DNA from: an uncultured Actinomycetota bacterium
GTDB lineage: Bacteria; Actinomycetota; Actinomycetes; JAHEKZ01
Reading direction: 5' to 3'
NCBI GenBank assembly: GCA_963718235.1
Contig: CAVQYR010000001.1
Location: 1,600,001-1,664,000, forward strand
Length of the DNA: 64,000 nt
Shown here: in pieces, positions 12,479 through 22,979 of the stretch
Layout of the letters: every line of letters starts with the position of its first letter
Numbering within the stretch: position 1 is the first letter of the stretch
Position numbers and translations under genes: made by a program
The notes under the pieces: generated by a model
The model's input: the letters and a program-made list of their open reading frames with translations, nothing else
Database searches by the model: none
What the model was told of the DNA's origin: nothing

Positions 12479-13190
12479 CTAGTTCAGCCCGATCGGCACG
12501 TGCGCGGCGTCGACGTCGGGCACCGACGGCAGGGCCTGCCACAGGGCGAGCTCCCGGCGCAGCAGGGCACGCTCCATCCGCAGCCGTGATGCGTCGTCGG
12601 AGGCCTCGAGCAGCGACTGCTGGTCGGCCAGGCTGAGCACGGTGCTCGCCGCGACCTGGTAGGAGAGCCCGTTGGGGTCGTCCGCGGCCCGCCCCTGTGC
12701 CCCCGTCCCGGGCTCGTCGCTCTCCTCACGCGCGGCGTCACGCAGCCCCAGCGTCCGGCGGTACTGCTCGAACAGGGCCACGACGGAGTGCGCCAGAGCA
12801 TCGACGTCGTCCCCGGGGGCTTCCTCGATCCACTGGACGTCGCGCCTGCAGGTACGGCGAGGTCGTGGTGTCCAGGCGCAGGGGGCGAAACCGGTTGCTT
12901 CCCTCGACGACGACGTCGAAGCGGCCGTCCTCGTGCCGCTGCACGTGGCGCAGCGCGCCGAACGTGCCGACGGAGTGCAGGGCGCGGACCCCGTCGACCC
13001 CGGTCTCGCGCCCGACCCGGATGGCCACGACGCCGAACCCCACCGGCAGATCCCCCGAAGGGTTCTCGGCGCGGGTGAGGAGGTCGTCGACCAGCGTGCG
13101 GTACCGAGGCTCGAAGATGTGCAAGGGCAGCAGCGCTCCCGGCACCAGGACCAGGCTGAGCGGGAACAACGCGATCTGTCCGGTGCGCAT
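12479..13190 (-). CDS. LON peptidase substrate-binding domain protein (frameshift near 12843)
   Basis: LFPL.LVLVPG..LPLHIFEPRY in one frame; DVQWI...LSYQVAA...QQSLLE in the next. Confidence 0.85.
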
Positions 13191-13282
13191 GAGGCGACGG
13201 TAGTGGCGGTGCGACGCCAGCACACCTCGACCCGGGCGCAGGGGTAGGGCTCAGGGGTAGTGCGCAGTGGTAGGAAGGCGCC

Positions 13283-13672
13283 ATGCCGCCCGCCGCAGAC
13301 TCTCTCCTGGGGGCGCAGACCGAGGTGCGCATCCGGACCTCGGACGCGGCCCCGCCCTACGAGCAGGTGCGGGCGCAGCTTGCCGACGCCGTCTCGGACG
13401 GTTCGTTGGCCCCCGGCACCAGGTTGCCCACTGTCCGGGCCCTGGCGGCCGACCTGAGGTTGGCCGTCAACACCGTCGCCCGCGCGTACAAGGAGCTCGA
13501 GCAAGGGGGCTTCGTGGTCACCCGCGGGAGACGAGGGACGTTCGTCGCGACGCGGGAACCTCGCGCCCACGAGCAGGCGGTGCGTGCCTCGCGGGACTAC
13601 GCGGCCCAGATGAGGTCGCTGGGCATCGACCCGGGGGAGGCGCTGCGGCTGGCCCGCGAGGCTCTTTCCTAG
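13283..13672 (+). CDS. GntR family (YtrA-like) transcriptional regulator
   Basis: PPYEQV...RLPTVRALA..L..NTVARAYKELE..G..RGRRGTFV. Confidence 0.92.
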   Translation: MPPAADSLLGAQTEVRIRTSDAAPPYEQVRAQLADAVSDGSLAPGTRLPTVRALAADLRLAVNTVARAYKELEQGGFVVTRGRRGTFVATREPRAHEQAVRASRDYAAQMRSLGIDPGEALRLAREALS

Positions 13673-13681
13673 ACTCGACCG

Positions 13682-14986
13682 GTGATCTCCCGAATTGACC
13701 TGCGTGGCGATGCCCGCTTCGTCACCGATCCCCGCCAGGTGCTGCCCAGGGCTGCCCTTGACGTCGAGGCGGCGGTGGAGATGGTCCGACCGATCTGCGA
13801 AGACGTGCGCCGCCGCGGCAGCGACGCCGTCCGCGAGCTGACCGCCCGGTTCGACGGGGTCGACCTGACGTCGACCCGGGTCCCCGTCTCGTCCCTCGAA
13901 CAGGCCCTGGCCGAGCTCGACCCGGCCGTCCGGGCCGCCCTCGAGGAGGCGGTCCGGCGCGCCCGGGTCGTCCACGAAGCCCAGAGCCGGGACGACGTCA
14001 CCGTCGAGGTGGTCCCCGGCGGCACGGTGACCGAACGCTGGATCCCGGTGCGGCGGGTGGGCCTGTACGTGCCCGGGGGTCTCGTGGCCTACCCGAGCAG
14101 TGTGGTCATGAACGTCGTCCCCGCCCAGGTGGCCGGGGTCTCCTCACTGGCGATCGCCTCACCGCCACAGCGCGACTTCGCCGGTCTGCCGCACCCTTCG
14201 GTGATGGCCGCCTGTGCGCTCCTCGGGGTGGACGAGGTGTACGCGGTCGGTGGGGCGCAGGCGGTGGCGATGTTCGCCTACGGCACCGACGAGTGCCCTC
14301 GGGTCGACCTGGTGACCGGGCCGGGCAACGTGTACGTCGCCGCGGCCAAGCGGCTGCTCAAGGGAGTCATCGGGATCGACTCCGAGGCGGGGCCGACCGA
14401 GATCGGGATCCTGGCCGACGACACCGCAGTGCCGTCTTCGGTGGCGGCCGACCTGATCGCCCAGGCTGAGCACGACGCCAACGCCTCGTGCCTGCTCGTC
14501 AGCGACAGCGAGCGCCTGCTCGACGCCGTCGACGCCGAGCTCGACCGCCTGATCCCGCTGACCAAGCACCGGGAGCGGGTCGAGAGCGCCCTGGCGAAGC
14601 AGAGCGCGTTCGCCCTGGTCGACGACATCGACCAAGGGATCGAGGTGGTCGACGAGTGGGCGGCCGAGCACCTCGAGGTGATCACTCGTGACGCGCGGGC
14701 GCACGCCGACCGGGTGCACAACGCCGGAGCGATCTTCGTCGGCCCGTTCGCCCCGGTCTCACTCGGCGACTACCTCGCCGGGTCGAACCACGTGCTGCCC
14801 ACGGGGGGAACCGCGCGTCACAGCGGCGGCCTGTCGGTGCAGTCCTTCCTGCGTGGGGTCCACGTCGTGGAGTACGACCGGTCGGCGCTGGCCGGGTCCG
14901 CTGCGCACATCGATGCGCTCGGTGGCGCCGAGGACCTCGCCGCGCACGTTGCGGCGGTGCGCTCCCGCGTGCCGGCGGACGGGTGA
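13682..14986 (+). CDS. hisD: Histidinol dehydrogenase
   Basis: [38 protein letters not shown]. Confidence 0.98.
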   Translation: MISRIDLRGDARFVTDPRQVLPRAALDVEAAVEMVRPICEDVRRRGSDAVRELTARFDGVDLTSTRVPVSSLEQALAELDPAVRAALEEAVRRARVVHEAQSRDDVTVEVVPGGTVTERWIPVRRVGLYVPGGLVAYPSSVVMNVVPAQVAGVSSLAIASPPQRDFAGLPHPSVMAACALLGVDEVYAVGGAQAVAMFAYGTDECPRVDLVTGPGNVYVAAAKRLLKGVIGIDSEAGPTEIGILADDTAVPSSVAADLIAQAEHDANASCLLVSDSERLLDAVDAELDRLIPLTKHRERVESALAKQSAFALVDDIDQGIEVVDEWAAEHLEVITRDARAHADRVHNAGAIFVGPFAPVSLGDYLAGSNHVLPTGGTARHSGGLSVQSFLRGVHVVEYDRSALAGSAAHIDALGGAEDLAAHVAAVRSRVPADG

Positions 14987-14993
14987 GGACCCA

Positions 14994-16094
14994 GTGAAGG
15001 ACGGCGACGAGCTGCCGCTGCGCGACGACCTGCGCGGTCGAACTCCCTACGGCGCACCGCAGCTCGACGTCCCCGTTCGGCTGAACGTCAACGAGAACCC
15101 GTTCCCCCCGTCAGCGACGGTCGCCGCCGCGATCGGTGAGGCGGCGGCCCAGGTGGCGACCGGGCTCAACCGCTACCCCGACCGCGACGCGACCGAGCTG
15201 CGGGCTGCCCTGGCGGCCTACCTCGGTCACGGCCTGACGGCCGACCGGGTCTGGGCGGCCAACGGCAGCAACGAGGTGATGCTCCAGCTGCTCCAGGCGT
15301 TCGGCGGGCCCGGCCGGGTCGCCCTGGGGTTCTCGCCGACCTACTCGATGTACCCCGACTACTGCCGAGACACGTTCACCGAGTACGTCACGGTCCCCAG
15401 GTCGGACACGTTCGAGGTGGAGACCGCGGTCGCAGTCGAAGCGATCGAGCGGTACCGGCCGTCCGTGGTGCTCCTGGCGTCACCGAACAACCCGACCGGC
15501 ACCGCACTGGACCTCGACCCGGTCGCTGCCGTGTGTGCGGTGACAAGCGGAGTGGTCGTGGTCGACGAGGCGTACGCGGAGTTCCGGCGTCCGCAGACGC
15601 CGAGCGCGTTGACCCTGCTGGACCGGTTCCCCCGGCTGGTGGTCACCCGGACGATGAGCAAGGCGTTCGCTCTCGCCGGCGCCCGGGTGGGCTACCTGGC
15701 CGCGTCGGCGCAGATCGTCGACGCCGTCCAGCTGGTGCGCCTGCCGTACCACCTGTCGGCGGTGACCCAAGCCGTCGCGCTCGCCGCCCTCCAGCACTCC
15801 GACGACCTGCTGGCCAGGGTCGGCGAGCTGCGCGACGAACGGGACTCGCTCGTGGACTGGTTGCGGGCGAGCGGGTTCGTCGTCGCGGAGTCCGACGCGA
15901 ACTTCGTGCTCTTCGGCCGGTTCGCCGACCGTCATGCCGTCTGGCAGTCGCTGCTCGAGCAAGGAGTGCTGGTGCGCGAGACGGGCCCCGATGGTTGGCT
16001 TCGGGTGAGTGTCGGCACCCCGGCTGAGAACCAGGCCTTTCGCCGCGCACTGACGATCGCGGTCGCCACCGCGGGTGAGGAGATCCCGGCGTGA
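14994..16094 (+). CDS. hisC: Histidinol-phosphate aminotransferase
   Basis: LNVNENP, NRYPD, NGSNE, PNNPTG, DEAY, RTMSKA (PLP lysine). Confidence 0.97.
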   Translation: MKDGDELPLRDDLRGRTPYGAPQLDVPVRLNVNENPFPPSATVAAAIGEAAAQVATGLNRYPDRDATELRAALAAYLGHGLTADRVWAANGSNEVMLQLLQAFGGPGRVALGFSPTYSMYPDYCRDTFTEYVTVPRSDTFEVETAVAVEAIERYRPSVVLLASPNNPTGTALDLDPVAAVCAVTSGVVVVDEAYAEFRRPQTPSALTLLDRFPRLVVTRTMSKAFALAGARVGYLAASAQIVDAVQLVRLPYHLSAVTQAVALAALQHSDDLLARVGELRDERDSLVDWLRASGFVVAESDANFVLFGRFADRHAVWQSLLEQGVLVRETGPDGWLRVSVGTPAENQAFRRALTIAVATAGEEIPA

Positions 16095-16684
16095 GCCGTA
16101 CCGCGCGTGTCGAGCGCACCACCAAGGAGTCACAGGTGCTCGTCGAGGTGGACCTCGACGGGCAGGGGGTGACGCAGGTCGACACCGGTGTCCCGTTCTT
16201 CGACCACATGCTCGCCCAGCTGGGCAAGCACGGCGGGATCGACCTGACCGTGCACACGCGCGGTGACCTCGAGGTCGACGCGCACCACACGGTGGAGGAC
16301 ACCTCTTTGTCGCTCGGGCAGGCCCTGCGTGAGGCCCTGGGTGACAAGGCCGGCGTGCGCCGCTTCGGCCACGCTGTCGTGCCCCTCGACGAGACCCGGG
16401 TGCTGGCCGCGGTCGACCTGTCGGGTCGCCCCTACCTGGTGCACAGCGAGCCCGAGGTGGTCGAGCTGATCGGCACCTACGACACCTCGCTCACCCGCCA
16501 CATCTGGGAGTCCGTCGTCGCCGAGGCTCGGTTCACGCTGCACGTCGAGGTGCAGACGGGGCGCAACGCCCACCATGTGGTGGAGGCCCAGTTCAAGGCG
16601 GTGGCCCGCGCACTGCGCGACGCCGTGTCGATCGACCCCCGCGTCGTCGGCGTCCCGTCGACCAAAGGCACGTTGGGGTCGTGA
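16091..16684 (+). CDS. hisB: Imidazoleglycerol-phosphate dehydratase
   Basis: [31 protein letters not shown]. Confidence 0.98.
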   Translation: MSRTARVERTTKESQVLVEVDLDGQGVTQVDTGVPFFDHMLAQLGKHGGIDLTVHTRGDLEVDAHHTVEDTSLSLGQALREALGDKAGVRRFGHAVVPLDETRVLAAVDLSGRPYLVHSEPEVVELIGTYDTSLTRHIWESVVAEARFTLHVEVQTGRNAHHVVEAQFKAVARALRDAVSIDPRVVGVPSTKGTLGS

Positions 16685-16848
16685 CGTCGTTCGCCCCTCT
16701 GGCGTTCCTGGCCATGGCTGGCTTCCTGCTGGGCGGGGCCTGGTCGGTCCGCAGCCAGCACAAGCCCCTGCTGTTGCAGGTCGCGCTCGCGCTCGTAGGC
16801 GTCGGCTGCCTGGTCCTCGGACTGGGTTACCTGCGGGGTGAGCCGTGA
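16681..16848 (+). CDS. 55-aa two-TM small membrane protein (not in the ORF track)
   Basis: GTGA overlap with the hisB stop; [55 protein letters not shown]. Confidence 0.75.
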   Translation: MTSFAPLAFLAMAGFLLGGAWSVRSQHKPLLLQVALALVGVGCLVLGLGYLRGEP

Positions 16849-16876
16849 CCCGAGCCAACGCCGCTGTGAGGCCGCG

Positions 16877-17512
16877 ATGACCACACCCAGGGTCGTCGTG
16901 CTGGACTACGGGTCGGGCAACCTCCGCTCCGCCCAGCGAGCCCTTGAACGTGCCGGGGCACAGGTCGAGATCACCGCCGACCGGGGGGCGGTGCTGTCCG
17001 CCGACGGGCTCGTCGTCCCCGGGGTCGGTGCCTTCGCCGCGTGCATGACGGGGCTACGACACGTGCGCGCCGCGGAGCTGGTGGGACGTCGCCTCGCGGG
17101 GGCCCGTGCGGTCCTCGGGATCTGCGTGGGGATGCAGGTGATGTTCGAGACCGGTGTCGAGCACGACATGTCCACGGCCGGTTTCGGTGAGTGGCCGGGC
17201 ACCGTCGAGCGGCTGCACGCCGACGTGCTGCCGCACATGGGCTGGAACACCGTCGCACCGCCCCCGGGGTCTGTGCTCTTCGACGGGGTCGGCGACCAGC
17301 GGTTCTACTTCGTGCACTCCTACGCGGTCCGTCGTTGGGACTTCGTCCAGGACAGCCCCTGGATGGCGCCGCCGACGGTGACCTGGGCCGAGCACGGCGA
17401 GCCTTTCGTGGCCGCCGTCGAGAACGGGCCGCTGGCGGCGGTCCAGTTCCACCCCGAGAAGTCCGGCGCAGCGGGGCTGTCCCTGCTGACCAACTGGGTC
17501 GCGACCCTCTAG
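16877..17512 (+). CDS. hisH: IGP synthase glutaminase subunit
   Basis: DYGSGNL, PGVGAF, GICVGMQ, PHMGWN, FYFVHSY, QFHPEKS. Confidence 0.97.
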   Translation: MTTPRVVVLDYGSGNLRSAQRALERAGAQVEITADRGAVLSADGLVVPGVGAFAACMTGLRHVRAAELVGRRLAGARAVLGICVGMQVMFETGVEHDMSTAGFGEWPGTVERLHADVLPHMGWNTVAPPPGSVLFDGVGDQRFYFVHSYAVRRWDFVQDSPWMAPPTVTWAEHGEPFVAAVENGPLAAVQFHPEKSGAAGLSLLTNWVATL

Positions 17513-17524
17513 CCTGCACTCACC

Positions 17525-17842
17525 ATGAGCCAACAACGCCGCCGCAAGCGCGCCCAGGAGCGCACGTACGGCCACCAGCCCAAGTCGCGCCCGGCCTCCG
17601 ACCCGGGGGCCGCGCCGTCCACCGGGCCCAGGAAGCCGAGCAAGCCGCCCGTGTCGGCCAAGAAGCGCCGGCACCGTCGGGTGCTCGTCATCCTGATCGC
17701 GGTCGCGGTGGCCGCGAACCTCCTCACCTGGCTGCTGTTCGACGCCTGGAACATCCGTTGGACTGTGCTGACGTTGTCGGTGATCTCGGTCCCCGTCGCC
17801 TACTTCCTGCTGGTCAACCCGGAGAAGGACACCGGCCTGTGA
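17525..17842 (+). CDS. Hypothetical membrane protein (basic N-terminus, 2 TM)
   Basis: 105-aa ORF that fills the hisH-hisA gap, with two hydrophobic helices. Confidence 0.6.
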   Translation: MSQQRRRKRAQERTYGHQPKSRPASDPGAAPSTGPRKPSKPPVSAKKRRHRRVLVILIAVAVAANLLTWLLFDAWNIRWTVLTLSVISVPVAYFLLVNPEKDTGL

Positions 17843-17860
17843 CCCCCTAGGGTCGAGCGC

Positions 17861-18600
17861 ATGGACGCCCGCCCGCTCCAGCTGCTGCCGGCTGTCGACG
17901 TCGCTGACGGCCAGGCAGTCCGCCTCGTGCAGGGCGCTGCCGGAACCGAGACCGCCTACGGAGACCCGTTGTCCGCCGCGTTGGCCTGGCAGCGCGACGG
18001 CGCCGAGTGGATCCACCTGGTCGACCTCGACGCCGCGTTCGGCAGGGGGTCCAACCGTGAGCTGCTCGCCGGCGTGGTCGCTGCGCTCGAAGTCCAGGTC
18101 GAGCTGTCCGGAGGCATCCGCGACGACGCCTCCTTGCGCGCAGCGCTGTCGTCCGGCGCGACGCGGGTGAACCTGGGAACGGCAGCCCTGGAGAACCCGG
18201 AGTGGACCGCGCGCGCGATCGGCGAGTTCGGCGACCGGATCGCCGTGGGGCTCGACGTCCGAGGGACGACGCTGGCCGCCCGTGGCTGGACCCGCGACGG
18301 TGGCGACCTCTGGTCGACCCTGGCCCGGCTCGACGCGGACGGCTGCTCCCGCTACGTCGTCACCGACGTCACGAAGGACGGCACCCTGCAGGGTCCCAAC
18401 CTGCAGCTGCTGCGCGAGGTCTGCGCCGCCACCGACCGCCCGGTCGTGGCCAGCGGGGGTATCTCGACCCTCGACGACGTCCGGGCGCTGGCCGGGCTGG
18501 TCGTCTGAGGGTGGAGGGTGCCATCGTCGGCAAGGCGTTGTACGCCGGCGCGTTCACGCTGCCGGAGGCGCTGGTCGCGGCCGGTGGGAGCGGGGCCTGA
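17861..18600 (+). CDS. hisA: Bifunctional HisA/TrpF isomerase (actinobacterial PriA); frameshift near 18505
   Basis: [28 protein letters not shown]. The final [11 protein letters not shown] is in another frame. Confidence 0.93.
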
Positions 18601-18602
18601 CG

Positions 18603-19011
18603 ATGGTCGAGCGGTGGCCTAGCGGTGGTCCGTGGGAGGACGTCGTCGGGTACAGCCGGGTGGTGCGGGCCGGCAACCGATGGGTGACGGCCGGCTGCAC
18701 CGCGACCGTCGAGGGAGTGGTGCAGAGCCCAGGTGAGCCTCATGGGCAGGCGCGCGTCGCTTTCGGGATCGCCCTGGACGCCCTGGCCGACGCCGGGGTC
18801 GCGACCGCCGACGTCGTCCGCACCCGCATGTACATCGTCGACCGTGCGGACGCCGAGCGCCGTCGGGCGGGCGCACGCGGAGCTCTTCGGTGCCGTGCGC
18901 CCGGCGTCCACCCTGGTGGTCGTGGCCGGGCTGATCGACCCGGCGATGCTCGTCGAGGTCGAGGTGGAGGCCTACCGACCGAGCACCAGCGCCGACAACG
19001 CCGACTCCTAG
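18603..19011 (+). CDS. Rid/YjgF family protein; frameshift near 18858
   Basis: WEDVVGYSRVVR...VVRTRMY / GRAH.ELFG.VRPAST...LVEVEVEA. Confidence 0.85.
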
Positions 19012-19020
19012 GCTGGGCCC

Positions 19021-19799
19021 ATGTCGGTGGCCGTCCGGGTGATCCCGTGTCTGGACGTCGAGCAGGACGCGTCGTCAAGGGCGTCAACTTCGAGAACCTC
19101 CGTGACGCAGGTGACCCGGTCGAGCTGGCCCGCCCGGTACGACGCCGAGGGCGCCGACGAGCTGACGTTCCTCGACATCACCGCGAGCAGCGGCGACCGG
19201 GAGACGACCTACGACGTCGTCCGCCGGACCGCCGAGCAGGTGTTCATCCCCCTGACAGTCGGCGGTGGGGTGCGCGCGCGTGGACGACGTCGACCTGCTT
19301 GCTGCGGGCGGGCGCGGACAAGGTCGGGGTCAACACCGCCGCGATCGCGCGCCCGGAGCTGATCGCCGAGATCGCGCGATCGCTTCGGGTCGCAGGTGCT
19401 CGTGCTGAGCGTCGACGCTCGCCGCGTGACCGCGGGCGTGGGGACGTCCTCGGGCTTCGAGGTGACCACGCACGGCGGTCGTCGAGGAACCGGGGTCGAT
19501 GCCGTCGGCGTGGGTGCGCGAGGCGCAGGACCTCGGCGCCGGCGAGATCCTGCTGAACTCGATGGACGCCGACGGCACGAAGGACGGCTACGACCTGCGA
19601 GTGATCGAGGCGGTGCGGCCGGTCACGTCACGTCCCGCTGATCGCCAGCGGCGGCGCCGGCGTCCTGGACGCACTTCGCGCCGGCCGTGCGCGGCCGGGG
19701 CCGACGCGGTGCTCGCGGCGAGCGTGTTCCACTTCGGCCAGCTCACCATCGCGCGAGGTGAAGGACGCGCTGCGGGGGGAGGGGTTCACCGTGCGCTGA
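19021..19799 (+). CDS. hisF: IGP synthase cyclase subunit, broken by several single-base indels
   Basis: Collinear fragments [62 protein letters not shown] and LAASVFHFG in shifting frames. Confidence 0.9.
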
Positions 19800-19830
19800 C
19801 GGCGGCCGCCACGCCTCACACGCCCACCGC

Positions 19831-20463
19831 TCACATGGCGAACGACGTGCCGCGCAGCGCGGCGACGGACTCGTCGTCGCCGACGTAGTCGAGCACGGCA
19901 TGCTCGGCCCGGCCGAACAGGAACAGGAGAGCTCGCCGGGGTGACCGGTGACGGTGACCTTCGTGGCTCCTGGGTGCGCGACCACCGTCCGGGCGTCGGG
20001 CGTCTCCAGGGTCACCCCGACCGGGGCCCGGCGTAGGTGCAGCCGGGCCCGCTTGCTCACGATGTCCCACAGCGTGGCATCGGTCGGCTGCGGCAGCGTC
20101 CGCGGCTCCCAGGGGTCCTTGGCCCGTCGGACGTCCTCGTGGTGGACGAAGAACTCCGCGTCGTTGACCATCGCGTCGAGCGGTGCGAGCCGGGTGGGCG
20201 ACCAGAGAGGCGGACCGCCGCGCAGCCGGTGGACGAGGGAGGCCCAGCCGTCGTCGGCCGCGCCGTCCTGGACCCGCCTCGTCCACGACGCCAAAGAGCC
20301 GACGACGATCCCCAGGGCCGCATCGGGCCGGCTCTCCCGGACGACGAGGTGCGCGGCGAGGTCACGGGTGGTCCAGGTACCGCACAGCGTGGGTGCGTCC
20401 GGTCCGACCTCGTCGAGGAGGTCGCAGAGAGCTCGTGCGTTCGGAGCGGGCCAGAGTGGTCAT
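19831..20463 (-). CDS. TIGR03085 family (DinB/MDMPI superfamily) metal-binding protein; frameshifts near 20433 and 19930
   Basis: LCD...[41 protein letters not shown]. Confidence 0.85.
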
Positions 20464-20568
20464 GGCCCCAGCCTGCGCCACGGTGGCCGCTGATGCACAT
20501 CGGGTCGGCTCGGGCCTGCCGACAGGTGGAGGACCGGGGGCGGACCACCGGGCACGACAATGGGGCGG

Positions 20569-20923
20569 ATGACTCGGCCTCGACGCATCCATCGCGGCCC
20601 GGCTCAAGCGCGACGACCACGGGCTGGTGGCGGCGGTCGCGCAGCAGTACGACACCGGCGAGGTGCTCATGGTCGGGTGGATGGACGACGAGGCGCTGCA
20701 CCGGACGCTGACCACCGGACGGGTCACCTACTTCAGCCGTAGTCGGCAGGAGCACTGGCGCAAGGGAGACACCTCCGGGCACGTCCAACGTGTGGTCGAG
20801 GTGCGGCTCGACTGCGACGGCGACGCCGTCCTGGTCGCCGTCGACCAGACCGGTGCCGCCTGCCACACCGGCGACCGCAGCTGCTTCGACGCCGACGTCC
20901 TGCTGGCCAGCGACCAGGGGTAG
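20569..20923 (+). CDS. hisI: Phosphoribosyl-AMP cyclohydrolase; frameshift near 20575
   Basis: [41 protein letters not shown]. Confidence 0.93.
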
Positions 20924-20929
20924 GGGAGG

Positions 20930-22489
20930 ATGACGGCCATGTCCACCGGAGCCGTCAGCCCTGACCTGGAGACGTTCCGCTCGCTCGCGCGGAGTCGCCG
21001 GGTGATCCCGGTGACCCGCCGGCTCATGGCCGACGCGGAGACGCCGGTCGGGCTGTACCGCAAGCTCGCACGCAACGCCCCGGGCACCTTCCTGCTCGAG
21101 TCGGCCGAGCACGGCGGCGTCTGGTCGCGCTACTCGATCGTCGGAGCGAGGTCGCACGCGGTGCTCACCGAGGTCGACGGTCAGGCGGTCTGGGTCAACG
21201 GCGTCCCGCCGGTGGGCGTGCCCACCGCGGGCGACCCGCTGGAGGCCCTGCGGGACACGGTGGCGGCGCTGCACACACCTCGGCTGCCCGGGCTGCCGCC
21301 GCTGACCGGAGGACTCGTCGGCTACATCGGCTACGACGCCGTGCGCCGGTGGGAGCGGCTCCCCGACGGAGCGGCCGACGAGCTGGCGCTTCCCGAGCTC
21401 GGAATGATGCTGGCCACCGACCTGGCGGTCCTGGACCACGCCGACGGCACTGTCCTCCTGGTGGCGAACGCGATCAACTACGACGCCACCGATGCCCGGG
21501 TCGACGACGCCTGGGCCGAAGCCGTCGACCGGCTCGACCGGATGACCGGGGAGCTGGCGGCGTCGGCACCGTCGACCGTGGCCACCGTGTCCACCACGGT
21601 GGCGCCGCAGTTCGAGAGCCGGACACCGAAGCCGGACTTCCTGGCCGCCGTGGCGAAGGCCAAGCAGGCGATCGAGGCCGGGGAGACCTTCCAGATCGTG
21701 GTCAGCCAGAGGTTCGAGGCGTCGTGCCCGGCCGACGCCCTGGACGTCTACCGGGTGCTGCGAGCGGCGAACCCGAGCCCGTACATGTACCTGCTGCGCT
21801 ACGACGACTTCGACATCGTGGGCTCCAGCCCCGAGGCCCTGGTCAAGGTGGCCGAGGGCAAGGCGATGACCCACCCCATCGCGGGTACCCGCTGGCGCGG
21901 GGAGACCCCCGAGCAGGACGCCGTCCTGGCGGCCGAGCTGCTCGCCGACGAGAAGGAGCGGGCCGAGCACCTGATGCTCGTCGACCTGGCGCGCAACGAC
22001 CTCGGTCGGGTGTGCACCCCGGGAACCGTCGAGGTCGTCGACTTCATGCACGTCGAGCGGTACAGCCACGTGATGCACATCGTGTCGAGCGTGGTCGGAA
22101 CCCTGGCCGCCGGCCGCACCTCCTACGACGCGCTGGTGGCGACGTTCCCGGCGGGAACCTTGTCCGGCGCCCCGAAGGTCCGGGCGATGGAGCTCATCGA
22201 CGGGCTCGAGCCGTCACGCCGGGGTCTGTACGGGGGTGTCGTCGGCTACCTCGACTTCGCCGGTGACATGGACCTGGCGATCGCGATCCGGACGGCCCTG
22301 ATCCGCGCCGGTCGGGCGTACGTTCAGGCCGGTGGCGGGATCGTGGCGGACTCGTCGCCGATGGCCGAGTTCGACGAGTCGGTGAACAAGGCGATGGCGG
22401 TGCTGCGGGCCGTGTCGTCTGCGGCGACCGTGGTTCCGGTCGCAGGACCGGCAGCTGGCCCGGGCGCAGGTCCCGGTCCCGACCGGTGA
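20930..22489 (+). CDS. trpE: Anthranilate synthase component I
   Basis: FLLESAE, NPSPYMY, GSSPE, PIAGT, EHLMLVDLARND, GTLSGAPK, QAGGGIVADS. Confidence 0.97.
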   Translation: MTAMSTGAVSPDLETFRSLARSRRVIPVTRRLMADAETPVGLYRKLARNAPGTFLLESAEHGGVWSRYSIVGARSHAVLTEVDGQAVWVNGVPPVGVPTAGDPLEALRDTVAALHTPRLPGLPPLTGGLVGYIGYDAVRRWERLPDGAADELALPELGMMLATDLAVLDHADGTVLLVANAINYDATDARVDDAWAEAVDRLDRMTGELAASAPSTVATVSTTVAPQFESRTPKPDFLAAVAKAKQAIEAGETFQIVVSQRFEASCPADALDVYRVLRAANPSPYMYLLRYDDFDIVGSSPEALVKVAEGKAMTHPIAGTRWRGETPEQDAVLAAELLADEKERAEHLMLVDLARNDLGRVCTPGTVEVVDFMHVERYSHVMHIVSSVVGTLAAGRTSYDALVATFPAGTLSGAPKVRAMELIDGLEPSRRGLYGGVVGYLDFAGDMDLAIAIRTALIRAGRAYVQAGGGIVADSSPMAEFDESVNKAMAVLRAVSSAATVVPVAGPAAGPGAGPGPDR

Positions 22490-22496
22490 ACCGTTC

Positions 22497-22979
22497 GTGA
22501 CCGGTCCTGCTGCGACGGATCCCGGCGCGACCGCACGAGAGTCGGCCGCTCGCGGTCGTCGCGAGCTGCTCGTGGTGCTCGGGGCGCTCGGGGTGTCCGC
22601 AGGGCTCCTGCTGGCCGTCGGCCACGGTGAGGCCGCGGCGCGCGGCGGCGGCTTGTTCGCGCTGGCCGCCGTCGGTGGGGTGGTGGCCACCCGCGGCCTC
22701 GGCCGTCGGCTCGTGGGGGTGGTCACCGCGCTCGTCGGCGTCCTGGTGGTCGCGACCGGGGAGGCCTGGTCGGTCGCCACGGGAGGGACGCTCCTGGTGC
22801 TGGCCGGTGCCGCGACGGCGTGGCGGGCGACCCGCTGGCCGTCGTTGTCGGGGCGCTACGACGCCGGGGCAGGCGGCACTGCGCGCGCCGGGTCGAACCC
22901 TGCGCGTCGCTCGCACGACCTGTGGGACGCTCTGGACCGAGGCGAGGACCCGACCAGGGAGGACGAGGTGCCGCGATGA
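22497..22979 (+). CDS. Trp biosynthesis-associated membrane protein (Trp_oprn_chp-like)
   Basis: TM helices, WP.LS.RY and the C-terminal DLWDALDRGEDPT signature. Confidence 0.85.
   Translation: MTGPAATDPGATARESAARGRRELLVVLGALGVSAGLLLAVGHGEAAARGGGLFALAAVGGVVATRGLGRRLVGVVTALVGVLVVATGEAWSVATGGTLLVLAGAATAWRATRWPSLSGRYDAGAGGTARAGSNPARRSHDLWDALDRGEDPTREDEVPR

Noticed and set aside
19021-19799. Programmed frameshifting in hisF or primosomal priA
   Set aside because: Too many shifts, in both directions, with no slippery heptamers; sequencing error is simpler.
20923-20930. Trp attenuator/leader peptide before trpE, or His attenuator before hisD
   Set aside because: The intergenic gaps are only 6 and 9 nt; no Trp- or His-rich leader peptide is present.
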